Source of the DNA: a virus
Lineage: Duplodnaviria > Heunggongvirae > Uroviricota > Caudoviricetes
Length of the DNA: 64,000 nt
Reading direction: 5' to 3' (one strand)
IMG/VR virus record: IMGVR_UViG_2740892427_000001
Position 1 is the first letter of the stretch. Each line of letters starts with the position of its first letter. This document shows, piece after piece, positions 19,052 to 29,626 of this stretch. The position numbers were made by a program, and so were the translations under genes. The notes under the pieces were generated by a model. The model worked only from the letters and a program-made list of their open reading frames with translations, was not told where the DNA came from and searched no databases.

Positions 19052-19221
19052 AAAAACCTCACAAAGATAAGTAATTACTTATTCATCGTGTGAGTTTACA
19101 TTCATTGAGAGAACAAGACCAGACAGATAAAAAAATGGTGGCCATAGGCCACCAAAACGAATAGTCATTCCAGAGTTTTATTACGCATGTTAAATATACA
19201 CAGATAGATAACTACCTACAA

Positions 19222-20091
19222 TTATTTTTTGATCATTCCGTACATTGCTGAGGCTTTAGCTTGCTCAACAAAGGAGGATAAATCGACATCACTATAGGTT
19301 GGAGACTTCAGAATCTTTCCATCGGAAATTCGAAAACCGATCATCTTATCGGTGCCATCAGCATGGCGGAATCCCAGATCTGAAGAGTCGTATTTGCAGT
19401 TGGCCACAGCCTGGCGACGTTCCTCAACATCAGCAGGCCATAATTTTGTCATGTTAGACCGATGAATTTCGCCAACCAGCTCGACGACATTGATACCGAG
19501 GAAATCAGCCAGTCGATAAGTCATCATGCACGCCACATAGATTTTGTTCATTACACGGCGCAGTTCCTGAATCAGCTCAGAATCCTTAACAGTCTTCTTC
19601 TCAAGTTTATCTGCCAGCTCTTCGAGCATACATGACGCCTCACGAGCTTCCTGAAATGGCATTGCCATATCATCGAAAACAGTGTTACCGGGCACAAAAA
19701 TTGTCTGCATAAAGCGATCAATGCTCTGTTCCTGCGTGTAATAGGTCATGCCGGTAGAAATACCACCTTTGATGGAGACCATCGTACCAACACCAACGTA
19801 TAAAAAGTCGGCCATTGCATCCAGCAGTTGCTCAATATCCCCATTCATTGCGGCTGGAATACCTTCCACTACAGCTTCTTCATGAATCAGGCTTGCACGG
19901 AGACGAAGCAGCTCTGGTGTCGGCATAACGCGTCTCGGATGCTGGAAGAGTTCATGAAACTGATCGACCATCTTGTAAATACTTTCAGTGGCTACACCAT
20001 GGCCTTCATGCAACTCATATGGTTCTGGCTTAAATCCAATGAGTCGATCGGTGGCAAGTTTCAGGTGGTCAGTCAGTTTGGTAAAGTTCAT
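19222..20091 (-). CDS. hypothetical nucleotide-metabolism protein (possibly MazG-like NTP pyrophosphohydrolase)
   Basis: Start moved to internal ATG at 20091 with RBS AAGAAGGA; longer track ORF overlaps nrdB in another frame. Confidence 0.4.
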   Translation of the reverse strand: MNFTKLTDHLKLATDRLIGFKPEPYELHEGHGVATESIYKMVDQFHELFQHPRRVMPTPELLRLRASLIHEEAVVEGIPAAMNGDIEQLLDAMADFLYVGVGTMVSIKGGISTGMTYYTQEQSIDRFMQTIFVPGNTVFDDMAMPFQEAREASCMLEELADKLEKKTVKDSELIQELRRVMNKIYVACMMTYRLADFLGINVVELVGEIHRSNMTKLWPADVEERRQAVANCKYDSSDLGFRHADGTDKMIGFRISDGKILKSPTYSDVDLSSFVEQAKASAMYGMIKK

Positions 20092-20168
20092 GCTAGTTTT
20101 GTTCCTTCTTAATTCTTGTGATCCATTGTGGCCCAGCGTTGCCAGGCCACATAATGCTTTGTATCGGT

Positions 20169-21311
20169 TTACAGGTCTGCAAACTGGCTTAGAGAAGCCT
20201 TGTCCACGGTAGAATCGATCTGACCTACCAGATATGTGCTTTGCTCTGCCTCTTGTGGTGCAATTTGCAGTGTGTCGGTTAACAACCACTTGTTCATCCA
20301 GACCAGCGGATCAGTGGTAACTTCTGGAAATAAAGCCTTCAGGCCAAGACGATTCATAGCCAGATTGGTTCGGTATTTTACATAGGTCTTCAGAATATCC
20401 GCGTTTAAACCAATCATCGAACCGTCTTTGAAGAGATAGTCTGCCCAGTTCATTTCTTGTTCGGCGACTGATTTCATGGTGTCGTAAATGACGTTTTCTT
20501 CATCAGCAGCAATCTCTTTCCACAATAAACCTTCGCGACCGGTACGCATGAAGCGGATCATGCGTTCAGTTCCTTCGCAATGCAGAGCTTCATCACGGGC
20601 AATAAAGCGCATAATTTTGGTGTTACCCTCAAGCAACTTCCGTTCGCCAAAGGCAAACGTACATGCAAAACTTACATAGAAACGGATCGCCTCAAGCGCA
20701 TTAATGGACACTAACGTGCGGAAAAGCTGACGGTGCAAAGGGTATGGCTCCCAGCCATATTCATTTACGTACAGACGTTCAAACTCTTTCTCACCTAACG
20801 ACTGGCGCTCGCAGGTCATCCCATAAAGCCTGTCATATTCAGCAGAGATACTGATCGCTCGGTTGATGATTTCTTCATCCGTAACAATACCGTCAAAAAC
20901 AATGCTCGGATCGTCCACCATGCCACGAATAATGTGGGTGTAGCTGCGGCTATGGATAGTCTCAGAGAAAGACCATGTTTCAACCCACGTTTCCAGTTCA
21001 GGAATAGAGATAAGCGGCAGCAGCGTTGCATTTGGGCTACGTCCCTGAACTGAATCGAGCAACGTTTGATAACGGAGATTACTCAGGAAAATGTGGCGTT
21101 CGTGGTCCCGCAGCTTCGTATTGAAGTCGATGCGATCGCTCGAAATATCAACTTCTTCCGGCCGCCAGAAGAAAGACAATTGACGTTCAATCAACTTTTC
21201 AAAATCACGGTATTTTTGTTGATCGTAACGAGCCACGTTGACAGATTGTCCGAGGAACATAGGCTCTTTGGTTGCATCATTAGCACCCAAACGGAACGTT
21301 GAATATGACAT
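20169..21311 (-). CDS. nrdB: ribonucleotide reductase class I small subunit
   Basis: 380 aa; R2-type iron/radical-site layout; adjacent to nrdA. Confidence 0.85.
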   Translation of the reverse strand: MSYSTFRLGANDATKEPMFLGQSVNVARYDQQKYRDFEKLIERQLSFFWRPEEVDISSDRIDFNTKLRDHERHIFLSNLRYQTLLDSVQGRSPNATLLPLISIPELETWVETWSFSETIHSRSYTHIIRGMVDDPSIVFDGIVTDEEIINRAISISAEYDRLYGMTCERQSLGEKEFERLYVNEYGWEPYPLHRQLFRTLVSINALEAIRFYVSFACTFAFGERKLLEGNTKIMRFIARDEALHCEGTERMIRFMRTGREGLLWKEIAADEENVIYDTMKSVAEQEMNWADYLFKDGSMIGLNADILKTYVKYRTNLAMNRLGLKALFPEVTTDPLVWMNKWLLTDTLQIAPQEAEQSTYLVGQIDSTVDKASLSQFADL

Positions 21312-21393
21312 GTGTTTTTCCTTTTTCTTTTTTGGTGCGTTTAAACAAGTTGTTATCTTATGTGTTTAAACAAGGCTTACAAATCAAAGAGAA

Positions 21394-21412
21394 GGTGGGG
21401 ATATCCCCCACC
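21394..21412 (-). terminator. near-perfect palindrome ggtggggatatcccccacc between nrdA and nrdB (attenuator/terminator-like)
   Basis: Hairpin followed by T-rich run on the minus strand. Confidence 0.35.
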
Positions 21413-21417
21413 ATATG

Positions 21418-23733
21418 TCAGATTTTGCAGGCTCCGTCGCACTCATCTTCTGGCTCGACGGCTACAGCTTGCGTCAGTGGATTCTGCGGTTCGTCGTCAT
21501 CACGCTTTCCTGCCCCATCTCTGGTGTTGTGGTAGTAAAGCGTTTTAACTCCCATCTTGTAGGCGAGAAGCAAATCTGACAGTAGCGTCATCATTGGGAC
21601 TTTATCGCCTTCAAAGCGAGAAGGGTCATAGTTGGTATTGGCTGAAATAGCCTGGTCAAAGAACTTCTGGATGATCGCCACCTTTGTCAGATAGCCGCGG
21701 TTGTCCGGCATATCCCACAGGTATTCATACTGTTCCTTCAGTTTTTCAAACTCAGGCACGACCATCTTAACGATGCCGTCCTTAGAAGATTTCACCGACA
21801 CCGGGCCACGAGGCGGTTCGATGCCGTTGGTGGAATTAGTGATCTGGCTGGAAGTCTCGCATGGCATTTGTGCCGTCAGTGTGGAGTTGCGAAGGCCGTA
21901 TTTTGCAATACGTTCACGCAGTTCTTCCCACGGCATCTTTAACTCAAAGTTGGTTTCGCCACTTTCGTCTAATGAAGAACGGTAATGGTCGATCGGCAAC
22001 TGACCAATTGCGTACTTGGTCTGCTCAAACCAGTCACACTCACCTTTTGCTTCAGCAAGTCGGCAGCTGGCGTCAAGAAGGTAATACTGGATAGCTTCGA
22101 ACGTTTCATGCACCAGTTTATTGCCAGCGGTATCAGAATAACGAACGCCATTCTTTGCCAGGTAATAAGCAAAGTTGGTTACACCAATTCCCAGGCTACG
22201 ACGAGCTTTGGCAGGCACTTCGGCTGCCTCCATCGGATAGTCTTGATAATCCAGTAACGAATCCAGTGCAGCAACGGCATAGAACGCCACCTCTTTAAGA
22301 GACTCCAGTGAACGGATGGCTCCGAGGTTAAAAGCGGATAAAGTGCATAGCGCGATCTCACCGTTCGGGTCGTCGGTAAATGCCAGTGGACGGGTGGGTA
22401 GAGTGATCTCCATGCACAGGTTTGACTGGCGAACAGGTGCAAGAGCAGGAATGAAAGCGCCATGCTCGTTAATATGATCGACGTTCGCAATATAAATTCG
22501 GCCCGTGGACGCTCGTTCCTGCATCAGAGATGAGAACAGCTCAATGGCAGGTACTGACTTCTTGCGAATTGAATCATCGGCTTCGTATTTATGGTACAGC
22601 TTTTCAAACAGATCCTGGTCTGTGAAGAAGGCTTCGTACATATCAGGCACATCATGCGGGCTGAACAGAGTGATGTTCTCGCTTCTGACGAGTCGACGGT
22701 ACATTAGACGGTTACTCATGACGCCGTAATCAAGATGGCGAACGCGGTTTTCATCAATACCACGGTTATTTTTCACCACCAGCAGACTTTCAACCTCAAG
22801 ATGCCAAATCGGGTAAAACGCTGTTGCTGCGCCACCACGAACACCACCTTGCGAACAAGATTTAACAGCCGTCTGGAAATGCTTCAGGAATGGAATAACT
22901 CCGGTATGGGTGGCTTCACCATTGCGGATCTCGCTGCCCAGCGCACGGATACGGCCAAAACCAATACCAATTCCAGCACGACGTGAAACGTAGTCGATAA
23001 TTGCGGCTGAAGCTGCACTAATCCCTTTCAGACTATCGCCAGACTCAATCAGCACACAACTGGAGAACTGACGGGTTGGAGTACGGACGCCGGCCATGAT
23101 TGGTGTGGGCAGAGACAGTTTGAACGTACTTGTAACGTCATAGAAACCTTTGACCATCTCCATACGTGTTTTGCCAGCGCAGTCGTCTTCCCAATTCTGG
23201 AACAGACACATGCCTACCAGCATATAGATATGTTGCGGCCCCTCATGAATCTCACCAGTAACACGGTTTTGAACGAGGTATTTGCTTTGCAACTGCACCG
23301 TAGCTGCATAGCCAAAAAGATCGTCACGTTTAGGCTTAATGTAATTGCCGAGTTCTTCGATCTCTTCAAATGAATAATGTGTCAGCAAATCCTTGTCATA
23401 AACGCCCTTGTTAACGTTCTTGACAATGTGTTGGTGGAAGTTCGGATAGTCGTAACGACCGAAGGCATCTTTGCGGATTTTAAAAATGTTCAGGCGGGCA
23501 GCCACCTGCGAGTAATTTGGTGCATCTGGTGAGATCAAATCAGCGGCAGATTTAACCAAAGCCTCATGCAACTGGCTGGTGGTAATCCCATCAAAAATGC
23601 TGGCCGCAGCTCCCATTGCTACAGCGGATGCGCTTACACCACGAATGCCTTCTACGCCATACATTACGACGCGGTTGTATTTTTCTTCGGATAACGGCTC
23701 TGTTTGGCCGTTACGTTTTACGATGCTTATCAT
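21418..23733 (-). CDS. nrdA: ribonucleotide reductase class I large subunit
   Basis: 771 aa with N-terminal ATP-cone and C-terminal redox cysteines. Confidence 0.9.
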   Translation of the reverse strand: MISIVKRNGQTEPLSEEKYNRVVMYGVEGIRGVSASAVAMGAAASIFDGITTSQLHEALVKSAADLISPDAPNYSQVAARLNIFKIRKDAFGRYDYPNFHQHIVKNVNKGVYDKDLLTHYSFEEIEELGNYIKPKRDDLFGYAATVQLQSKYLVQNRVTGEIHEGPQHIYMLVGMCLFQNWEDDCAGKTRMEMVKGFYDVTSTFKLSLPTPIMAGVRTPTRQFSSCVLIESGDSLKGISAASAAIIDYVSRRAGIGIGFGRIRALGSEIRNGEATHTGVIPFLKHFQTAVKSCSQGGVRGGAATAFYPIWHLEVESLLVVKNNRGIDENRVRHLDYGVMSNRLMYRRLVRSENITLFSPHDVPDMYEAFFTDQDLFEKLYHKYEADDSIRKKSVPAIELFSSLMQERASTGRIYIANVDHINEHGAFIPALAPVRQSNLCMEITLPTRPLAFTDDPNGEIALCTLSAFNLGAIRSLESLKEVAFYAVAALDSLLDYQDYPMEAAEVPAKARRSLGIGVTNFAYYLAKNGVRYSDTAGNKLVHETFEAIQYYLLDASCRLAEAKGECDWFEQTKYAIGQLPIDHYRSSLDESGETNFELKMPWEELRERIAKYGLRNSTLTAQMPCETSSQITNSTNGIEPPRGPVSVKSSKDGIVKMVVPEFEKLKEQYEYLWDMPDNRGYLTKVAIIQKFFDQAISANTNYDPSRFEGDKVPMMTLLSDLLLAYKMGVKTLYYHNTRDGAGKRDDDEPQNPLTQAVAVEPEDECDGACKI

Positions 23734-23806
23734 GTATCACCAAATAAAGAGGGCCACTATATTTAGTGGCCCATGTTAATAGATAAGCACTTACCTATCA
23801 ATGAAA

Positions 23807-24376
23807 TCAAATGAGAGACTTAAGAACATCGCGCACCTGGCGGAACTGATCCGTTTGCATACCGGTATGGATGGCAGCCACCGCATCAGCCAAATGTTCG
23901 TTTTTGTTCACGAGAACATCCTGTCCAGATTGCTTACGACGCAGCCACGGTGCTTTAGGGTGTTTTTTCGTAGCCCACTGGATAATCTCTTCTTTCGATG
24001 TAGTAAGTTTATTGCCAACAAAATGCTTGATTTCGTTTGGAGTGACCTGGATCAATGGCTTATCCACACACGCAAGTACACCGATACAAATACCGTAAGA
24101 CGTCTGCGAACGAGAGTTTTGGCTCCCAACCGGTAGTTCACAAAAAACCATATTCGCCTTATCAATGATTGGCTTCGCAACACGCCATATTTCACTGGCA
24201 CGGCGCAGATCGTCACTGTTCACACGAACAGTCTTTTTGTTACTCCCCGCTTTAGTCTCAACAAGAGTAAGGCCGTGAATCTCAAGTTCGTCCGTTTCAA
24301 GGTCTAAAGTGCCCACAGCAAGCCCAAAGTTGCTCATAGAGGGATCAACACCAACTACGCTGATTTTTTTACTCAT
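23807..24376 (-). CDS. RuvC-like Holliday junction resolvase
   Basis: VVGVDPS N-terminus and DAVAAIHTG near C-terminus parallel RuvC catalytic blocks. Confidence 0.6.
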   Translation of the reverse strand: MSKKISVVGVDPSMSNFGLAVGTLDLETDELEIHGLTLVETKAGSNKKTVRVNSDDLRRASEIWRVAKPIIDKANMVFCELPVGSQNSRSQTSYGICIGVLACVDKPLIQVTPNEIKHFVGNKLTTSKEEIIQWATKKHPKAPWLRRKQSGQDVLVNKNEHLADAVAAIHTGMQTDQFRQVRDVLKSLI

Positions 24377-24385
24377 ATAGTCTCC

Positions 24386-25128
24386 TTACCATGTTCCCCA
24401 TAGAGGGTTTTCCAATAATCTCGCCTCCAACGAATTGGTTACTATTGCCGTTTGCAACGTTGGTTGGGGATAGTTTGCAAAGTCTGAATACTCATTTTCC
24501 TGCGTGACACGTTTATCTACGGCATGTTTAACGCCACTTGCTATGAAATGACGCATGATACCCAACAGCCTCCGACTGTCTGCACTATCGTTTGCTAAAA
24601 CATGAGGGAGCTGAAGTTCGATTTCTACCATTTCTCCATACTTACCAACAAACTGTAGTTTGTCCGCACTGTACTTTTTATCCCTCCTTTGGATAAGGAA
24701 ACCAGTAAAAGCATCACCTGGCGATGCCAAACTATCCACCCGCTTATTGGCAAGTCGAATAAGGTTCGTGAAAGCCATACAGTGATGCGCATCCATTGCC
24801 CCAAAGAACCCTTCGCTATCAATGTTAAGATCTTCAGTTTCATGGGTTGCGATAAACCCAGGCCCGACGTTGGGGAGATATCCCCCTCAACAAAAGGATT
24901 AATCAGGATCGGCGCAATACATCCAGGTGGTAGTGATTTCAAACTTTGCATCAATGGTGTCTCGGATATTAGACCAAGCAACGAGGCGAATTGTACTCCG
25001 TCAATATTGTTGCTGCCCCACAGAATACGTGGAGCCGAACCATTGGAAGTATGCCCATTGATCAGTTTTATCGACTGCATCACTGCAAATACCTGCAAAA
25101 ACTGCGAGCGGCTTAATTTAAACGACAT
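24386..25128 (-). pseudogene. gene interrupted by a frameshift at a G5 tract (two overlapping ORFs in different frames)
   Basis: Upstream frame is protein-like to ~24890, then the other frame is protein-like to the stop at 24386; switch point is the ccccc run at 24882..24886 inside palindrome GGGGAGATATCCCCC. Confidence 0.5.
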
Positions 25129-27034
25129 AGCTGCGCCCCTCTTTAACTTCCAGCGTAATAGTTTCCCGGAACCATGACTTCATCTCTTTATGGGAGATAA
25201 TCAGCACAGTACCTCGCTCGCGAGCTTTGGACTCCAGAATACCCATGAGGCGTTCAAGACCGGCTGTATCGAGTGCATCGTCAATTTCGTCGCCGATAAA
25301 CAAATCGATGTTTTTACTCGCCCGGTTACTAACCAGATCCTGCAATGCCAAAGAACACGCAATGCGAACCTTCCGCTTCTCACCACCAGAGAGGGTTTGG
25401 AACGACTTACTTGAACCTTTCTTCTGCACACTAATGTTGAATTTGTCGCGATACTCACCTTTTTTAGTGGTATCCATCGTCGACCACTCAGCAGTAATAT
25501 TCCCGTCAGACAACGTATTGAGATACTCGGCAGTGCGTGTATTCAGGAAAGGCGTAACAGACGTCAAAATATGAGAACGCACCCCGGCAGGAGAGTAGAC
25601 CTGACGAGCTTTTTCCAATAGCAACGTTTGTTCCTGAATAGCCTTCAACTCATCTTTTAAGGACTTTAAGGTAGACTTACTGGATACCAGGTTATCTTCG
25701 TGTCTGGCGATAAGAGCAATAAACGGATTAATCTCTTTTGATATACGATCGACCTCAGTACGAGCACGAGTCACAAGAGACTCAATAGCAACAACCTCCT
25801 TCTCACGATGACGCAAAGATGAGAGTTGTTTCGTAAGCTCTTCAATCCGGGCAATGATAGCCGTTACATCAGGTGTCGTTTTAACAAGGGCAGACTCAAT
25901 GCTTAACGCTTTCTCAAGATTCGTTTTGTGTTTAGCCATTGCCTCTGCAAGTGTCTTCGCCTGACCAATTTCCTGACGTGCTTGTTCAATGAAACTCTCC
26001 TTCACCGTTGATAGATCTTCTTCGCAGTAGGCTTTGCCACAAGTAGGGCATGGTGATCCCACTTTAGTACCAACCTCTTCTGCTTTGGTCTTAAAATTAC
26101 GCGCGCGGTTCATTGCATCAGCCTGACTATTTTCTGTAGCTTTGATGCTTGCCCGAATATCAGTTATCGCACCACGAACTTTGAGCAACTTGGCGTCATG
26201 TTCTTCTTTTGAGGCTAACTTTTTGCGCTCACTTTCGATTGCCTTCTCGGTATCACGTATCTGTTCGGGAAGAGTGCGGATCTCAAGTTCAACTTCCGTT
26301 AACTCAACTTCGGCACTGGCCAGCCCAGCCAGGGCATCGTCATAACGTTTAGAACGCTCTTGCTCCCATGATTCAGAGGAGGCTTTCGCTGACTCAATTT
26401 CTGACTGTGTTGCCTCAATGGTCGAGATTGTCGACTCCAATTTGGTTTTAACCACGTCCATACGTGCGGCAGCTGCGTTAGCTCGTTCACGAGCAATAGC
26501 GTAGGCGCGTGTCAGTCTGTCAACGCCAGCGGCTTCTTCTACGATGGTTTTGAGGTTTTTGTCGGACATTCCAGGTAGATCTGGCATTGCTTCCTGACTG
26601 GCGTAGATGGACGCCATGAACACCTCTTTCGATGCACCAATCAGGCGTTCAACGAACTCCTGCGTCAGCGTGTCCTTGCCTTTGGTCATGTCACCGTCTT
26701 CACCGCGGACGATCAGCCGGTTCTTGAACTCTTTGTGTTTACGGTGACGAATGATCGCGTATCTCTTGCCTTCATCCTCAACAGTCACCATTACACGACA
26801 GTTTTTCTCGTAGCCTGTAGACAGCACGTCGTCACCTTTGACTCCATGCGCAGTTTCGCCATACAGACACCACATCAGGCTGTTCATCAAAGTAGATTTA
26901 CCAGCGCCATTACTTGATGCGGAACTATCATCACTATTAACACCCTGAATGAGCACTAAACCACGCTGATCTAACTCGACCTCCGCGCTGGCGATAGCCA
27001 TAAAATTCTCAACCTGGAGCTTTAAAAACTTCAT
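25118..27034 (-). CDS. sbcC: SbcC/Rad50-like recombination ATPase
   Basis: Walker A GAGKSTL, long coiled coil, CPTCGK zinc hook, Walker B LFIGDEIDDALD. Confidence 0.8.
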   Translation of the reverse strand: MKFLKLQVENFMAIASAEVELDQRGLVLIQGVNSDDSSASSNGAGKSTLMNSLMWCLYGETAHGVKGDDVLSTGYEKNCRVMVTVEDEGKRYAIIRHRKHKEFKNRLIVRGEDGDMTKGKDTLTQEFVERLIGASKEVFMASIYASQEAMPDLPGMSDKNLKTIVEEAAGVDRLTRAYAIARERANAAAARMDVVKTKLESTISTIEATQSEIESAKASSESWEQERSKRYDDALAGLASAEVELTEVELEIRTLPEQIRDTEKAIESERKKLASKEEHDAKLLKVRGAITDIRASIKATENSQADAMNRARNFKTKAEEVGTKVGSPCPTCGKAYCEEDLSTVKESFIEQARQEIGQAKTLAEAMAKHKTNLEKALSIESALVKTTPDVTAIIARIEELTKQLSSLRHREKEVVAIESLVTRARTEVDRISKEINPFIALIARHEDNLVSSKSTLKSLKDELKAIQEQTLLLEKARQVYSPAGVRSHILTSVTPFLNTRTAEYLNTLSDGNITAEWSTMDTTKKGEYRDKFNISVQKKGSSKSFQTLSGGEKRKVRIACSLALQDLVSNRASKNIDLFIGDEIDDALDTAGLERLMGILESKARERGTVLIISHKEMKSWFRETITLEVKEGRSYVV

Positions 27035-27309
27035 ATAACACCTCTGATACCGTGTGTTAGCTTTTGGCCTTCTTTCAATCTGAACTCCGTATGCGCCGGG
27101 AAGGATCTGCGCCTCAATACGCCTTTTCTTGTTAACCTTCCAAGATAAAACGCTACGGGATTTCCTTGTGGCGGGTAGGGCTTGTGAAACATCACCGTCT
27201 GGCCTCGTTCAAGTCTTTTCATCGCGATGGCAAAGTCTCGAAAGCTCCCATAACGACTTTGCTTCACATAGCCTCCGAACTCTCCGCTTCGGTGAGGATT
27301 TCCTGACAC
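27031..27309 (-). CDS. small hypothetical protein
   Basis: 92 aa ORF overlapping the 3' end of sbcD. Confidence 0.3.
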   Translation of the reverse strand: MSGNPHRSGEFGGYVKQSRYGSFRDFAIAMKRLERGQTVMFHKPYPPQGNPVAFYLGRLTRKGVLRRRSFPAHTEFRLKEGQKLTHGIRGVI

Positions 27310-28349
27310 AAAATATCCAATTTGCTCAGATCAAATCCGCCGTCAGTATCGTGGACAATCTTGCAATAAGCAGATACCGACTCTCCCAGGCTATCGATTT
27401 TGCTGGTTTCAGTTGTGCTGGCTGTCCCTTCCATCATTGATGACTTACGGATGAAGTTGCACACGACACCTTTTGCACCCATTGTTTTGAGGATGTTCTG
27501 GTACTTAATGCCTTCTTCATCGTTCTCAATTACGGCGCGGAAACGCACGTAGTTGCCGCGAATTTGGTCATCAGCAACATCATCTTCCAGGTTAATGAAT
27601 TTAGGCGCACTGGTTTCGTAGTGACTGAAACTGCCGTCCGGGTTTACGATCATGTAGCCAGCCAGAGATCCAACATCTCCCCAATTTTGATGAGTCAGTG
27701 CACCGACACTGATAACTCCAGGAATGACCTCTTTGTGGTTGTGGTAATGCCCACTAAGCACGAGACGAAAGCCGATATCCTTTAACTCCTGCGCATCGAT
27801 ACCGACGTCAGGCATTGTTGGAATGGCTTTGTTAATGGATGTATGGATAACAACGTCATGATTGTCACCTTCTACGCTCTTACGTAATGCTTTCAGATCG
27901 CTGATAAGCTCCGCATGATTGTTACGCCAGCTAATCAGGTGGACAGTCACATCACCAATTTTTATTGAGTGTGGGCGCTTGCCACATACGATTACCACGC
28001 CGATAGAACTCAGCGATGCTGCTGCGTTGGCGCTATATACTGAATCGTTGGTTTCAAGATCGTGATTACCGGCCAGCATTACTACTGTCAGATCAAGCTC
28101 GTTGATAATCCACTTGTACGTTTCAGTTACGTAATGCAAAACAGAAGGGGACACAGTTCCTCGGACGTGAAATGTATCACCGGCAACCAACATGTACTTA
28201 CAACCGGCCTTCTTCATGGCGATGGCTGCTTCTTTCGTTGCTTCCAACTGTATTTCAAGTCTGGAGTTAAGCCCCTCAGCGTTCGTCGTGGAGAACGCAT
28301 CCCATTTGTGGTAGTGGCAGTCAGAAATGACGCCGTATGGCAAAGTCAT
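27264..28349 (-). CDS. sbcD: SbcD/Mre11-like nuclease
   Basis: Metallophosphatase motifs DCHYH, GDTFH, GNHDLE; start set to ATG at 28349, which has the conserved leader, rather than 28445. Confidence 0.75.
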   Translation of the reverse strand: MTLPYGVISDCHYHKWDAFSTTNAEGLNSRLEIQLEATKEAAIAMKKAGCKYMLVAGDTFHVRGTVSPSVLHYVTETYKWIINELDLTVVMLAGNHDLETNDSVYSANAAASLSSIGVVIVCGKRPHSIKIGDVTVHLISWRNNHAELISDLKALRKSVEGDNHDVVIHTSINKAIPTMPDVGIDAQELKDIGFRLVLSGHYHNHKEVIPGVISVGALTHQNWGDVGSLAGYMIVNPDGSFSHYETSAPKFINLEDDVADDQIRGNYVRFRAVIENDEEGIKYQNILKTMGAKGVVCNFIRKSSMMEGTASTTETSKIDSLGESVSAYCKIVHDTDGGFDLSKLDILCQEILTEAESSEAM

Positions 28350-28575
28350 GTGTTTTTCCTTTGTGGTTATTTTGATACAGATATTAAGTGTGTTTGAGAG
28401 GCGAACAATCCAGATAACACGGCCATTAAGAATGTTCACAGACACATGATTATGGCAAATTCATAGGTAAGTGAATACCTATTTTTATGGACAGCAAAGA
28501 CTTCTAGATGTTACAAGCCACTCTATAATCGCAGTCACTTAATGATGACAACCAAACGAAAAAGGAGAACTGACG

Positions 28576-29079
28576 GTGAAACGCGTAATTATAGGGACGA
28601 TGGCCATTGCTCTGATCGGATGCGTACCAAAACCACCTCAAGATGAAAAGTCAGCTGGCGGGTACGTTGATATTTACTCCACTTCAAGCGTAGCAATTGC
28701 CCAAGACAGAGCCGACAAATTGTGTGGAAGCCATGCCTATTATGTCTCTAACGACAATGATTTAACCAAAGTCATGGGTAGATACGCGCCTTCATTCCCA
28801 AAAATCAGGTTCAACTGTGATCTTGAAATGGCCGCTTATCTGGGCAGCAAAGAGGCAAAGGAGATCAAAATGAAACGCATAGAGGAAGCCTACAAGGAGA
28901 TGTACAAGGCCCAATATGAGCTGAAAGAAGTGCGCCGTAAGAACGCTGATCCGAAGAAGCTGGAGTCTTACACAGAACGCGATCCGGACGGTACTATTCG
29001 CAGCTACAGCTTCTTGAATGGCAAGTCGTGCGAATCAATCGTGTACCCAGACGGCACGGGCAAAACGACTTGTGATTAA
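28576..29079 (+). CDS. lipoprotein (plus-strand cassette)
   Basis: Signal peptide with lipobox LIGC; own terminator downstream. Confidence 0.6.
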   Translation: MKRVIIGTMAIALIGCVPKPPQDEKSAGGYVDIYSTSSVAIAQDRADKLCGSHAYYVSNDNDLTKVMGRYAPSFPKIRFNCDLEMAAYLGSKEAKEIKMKRIEEAYKEMYKAQYELKEVRRKNADPKKLESYTERDPDGTIRSYSFLNGKSCESIVYPDGTGKTTCD

Positions 29080-29088
29080 TTCTTCAGG

Positions 29089-29115
29089 AGCACCTCGTAT
29101 GGGGTGCTTTTTATT
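29089..29115 (+). terminator. intrinsic terminator after lipoprotein gene
   Basis: agcacc/ggtgct stem followed by TTTTTATTTT. Confidence 0.55.
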
Positions 29116-29551
29116 TTGGGTCGCGAAACAGCATGTCGGCCATTTGCGAGGATTTGACGTAGCACTTTGCCATCATCGGCTGACTAGGGTTTGATGCGAT
29201 CATGTCGGACACCAGCATTGACCCATAGCCTTTTCCGCGAAGCTCTTTGACAATACTGACGGCACGGAGTTCAAGTCAAGGTGCGCCAGTCGGATCGAGT
29301 GCGGCACAGAACCAGATTAGTCCTACTTTTTGTCATCAGAACGATGCAGCAGGATGTAGATAAAATGCCCGGAGTATTGGCCCCGCTCGTTCGTCTTGAT
29401 TGCCAGTCTGGTCTGCTGCTCAAAGGTTTTACCCCCCCTTTGATGTGAGGATCTCTTCGTAGAAGTGACCTTTGCGTGCGCCGTCCTCGAACTCAGCCAT
29501 GATAAAAGGCATGTCTGTCACAGTTGCTGCCCTTGAATAAAATTCACTCAT
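29111..29551 (-). pseudogene. decayed GNAT acetyltransferase-like gene (frameshift at C7/G7 tract plus further disruptions)
   Basis: Minus-strand reading MSEFYSRAATVTDMPFIMAEFEDGARKGHFYEEILTSKGG stops at the G7 run (29432..29438); C-terminal fragment in another frame has LRGKGYGSML (GNAT motif A-like). Confidence 0.45.
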
Positions 29552-29626
29552 GTATTAATCCTAAAAGCCCTCAGTGTCTTTCTAATGCACCATATTTTAT
29601 GCCTCGGTTAAACCCTGAGATTACGT

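Noticed and set aside
19222-20289. Longer ORF starting at 20289
   Set aside because: Its first 66 codons overlap nrdB in another frame and look non-proteinaceous; the internal ATG at 20091 has a good RBS.
27264-28445. Longer SbcD ORF starting at 28445
   Set aside because: The ATG at 28349 has the conserved leader and gives the expected MTLPYGVISDCHYH metallophosphatase N-terminus; the extension has no such context.
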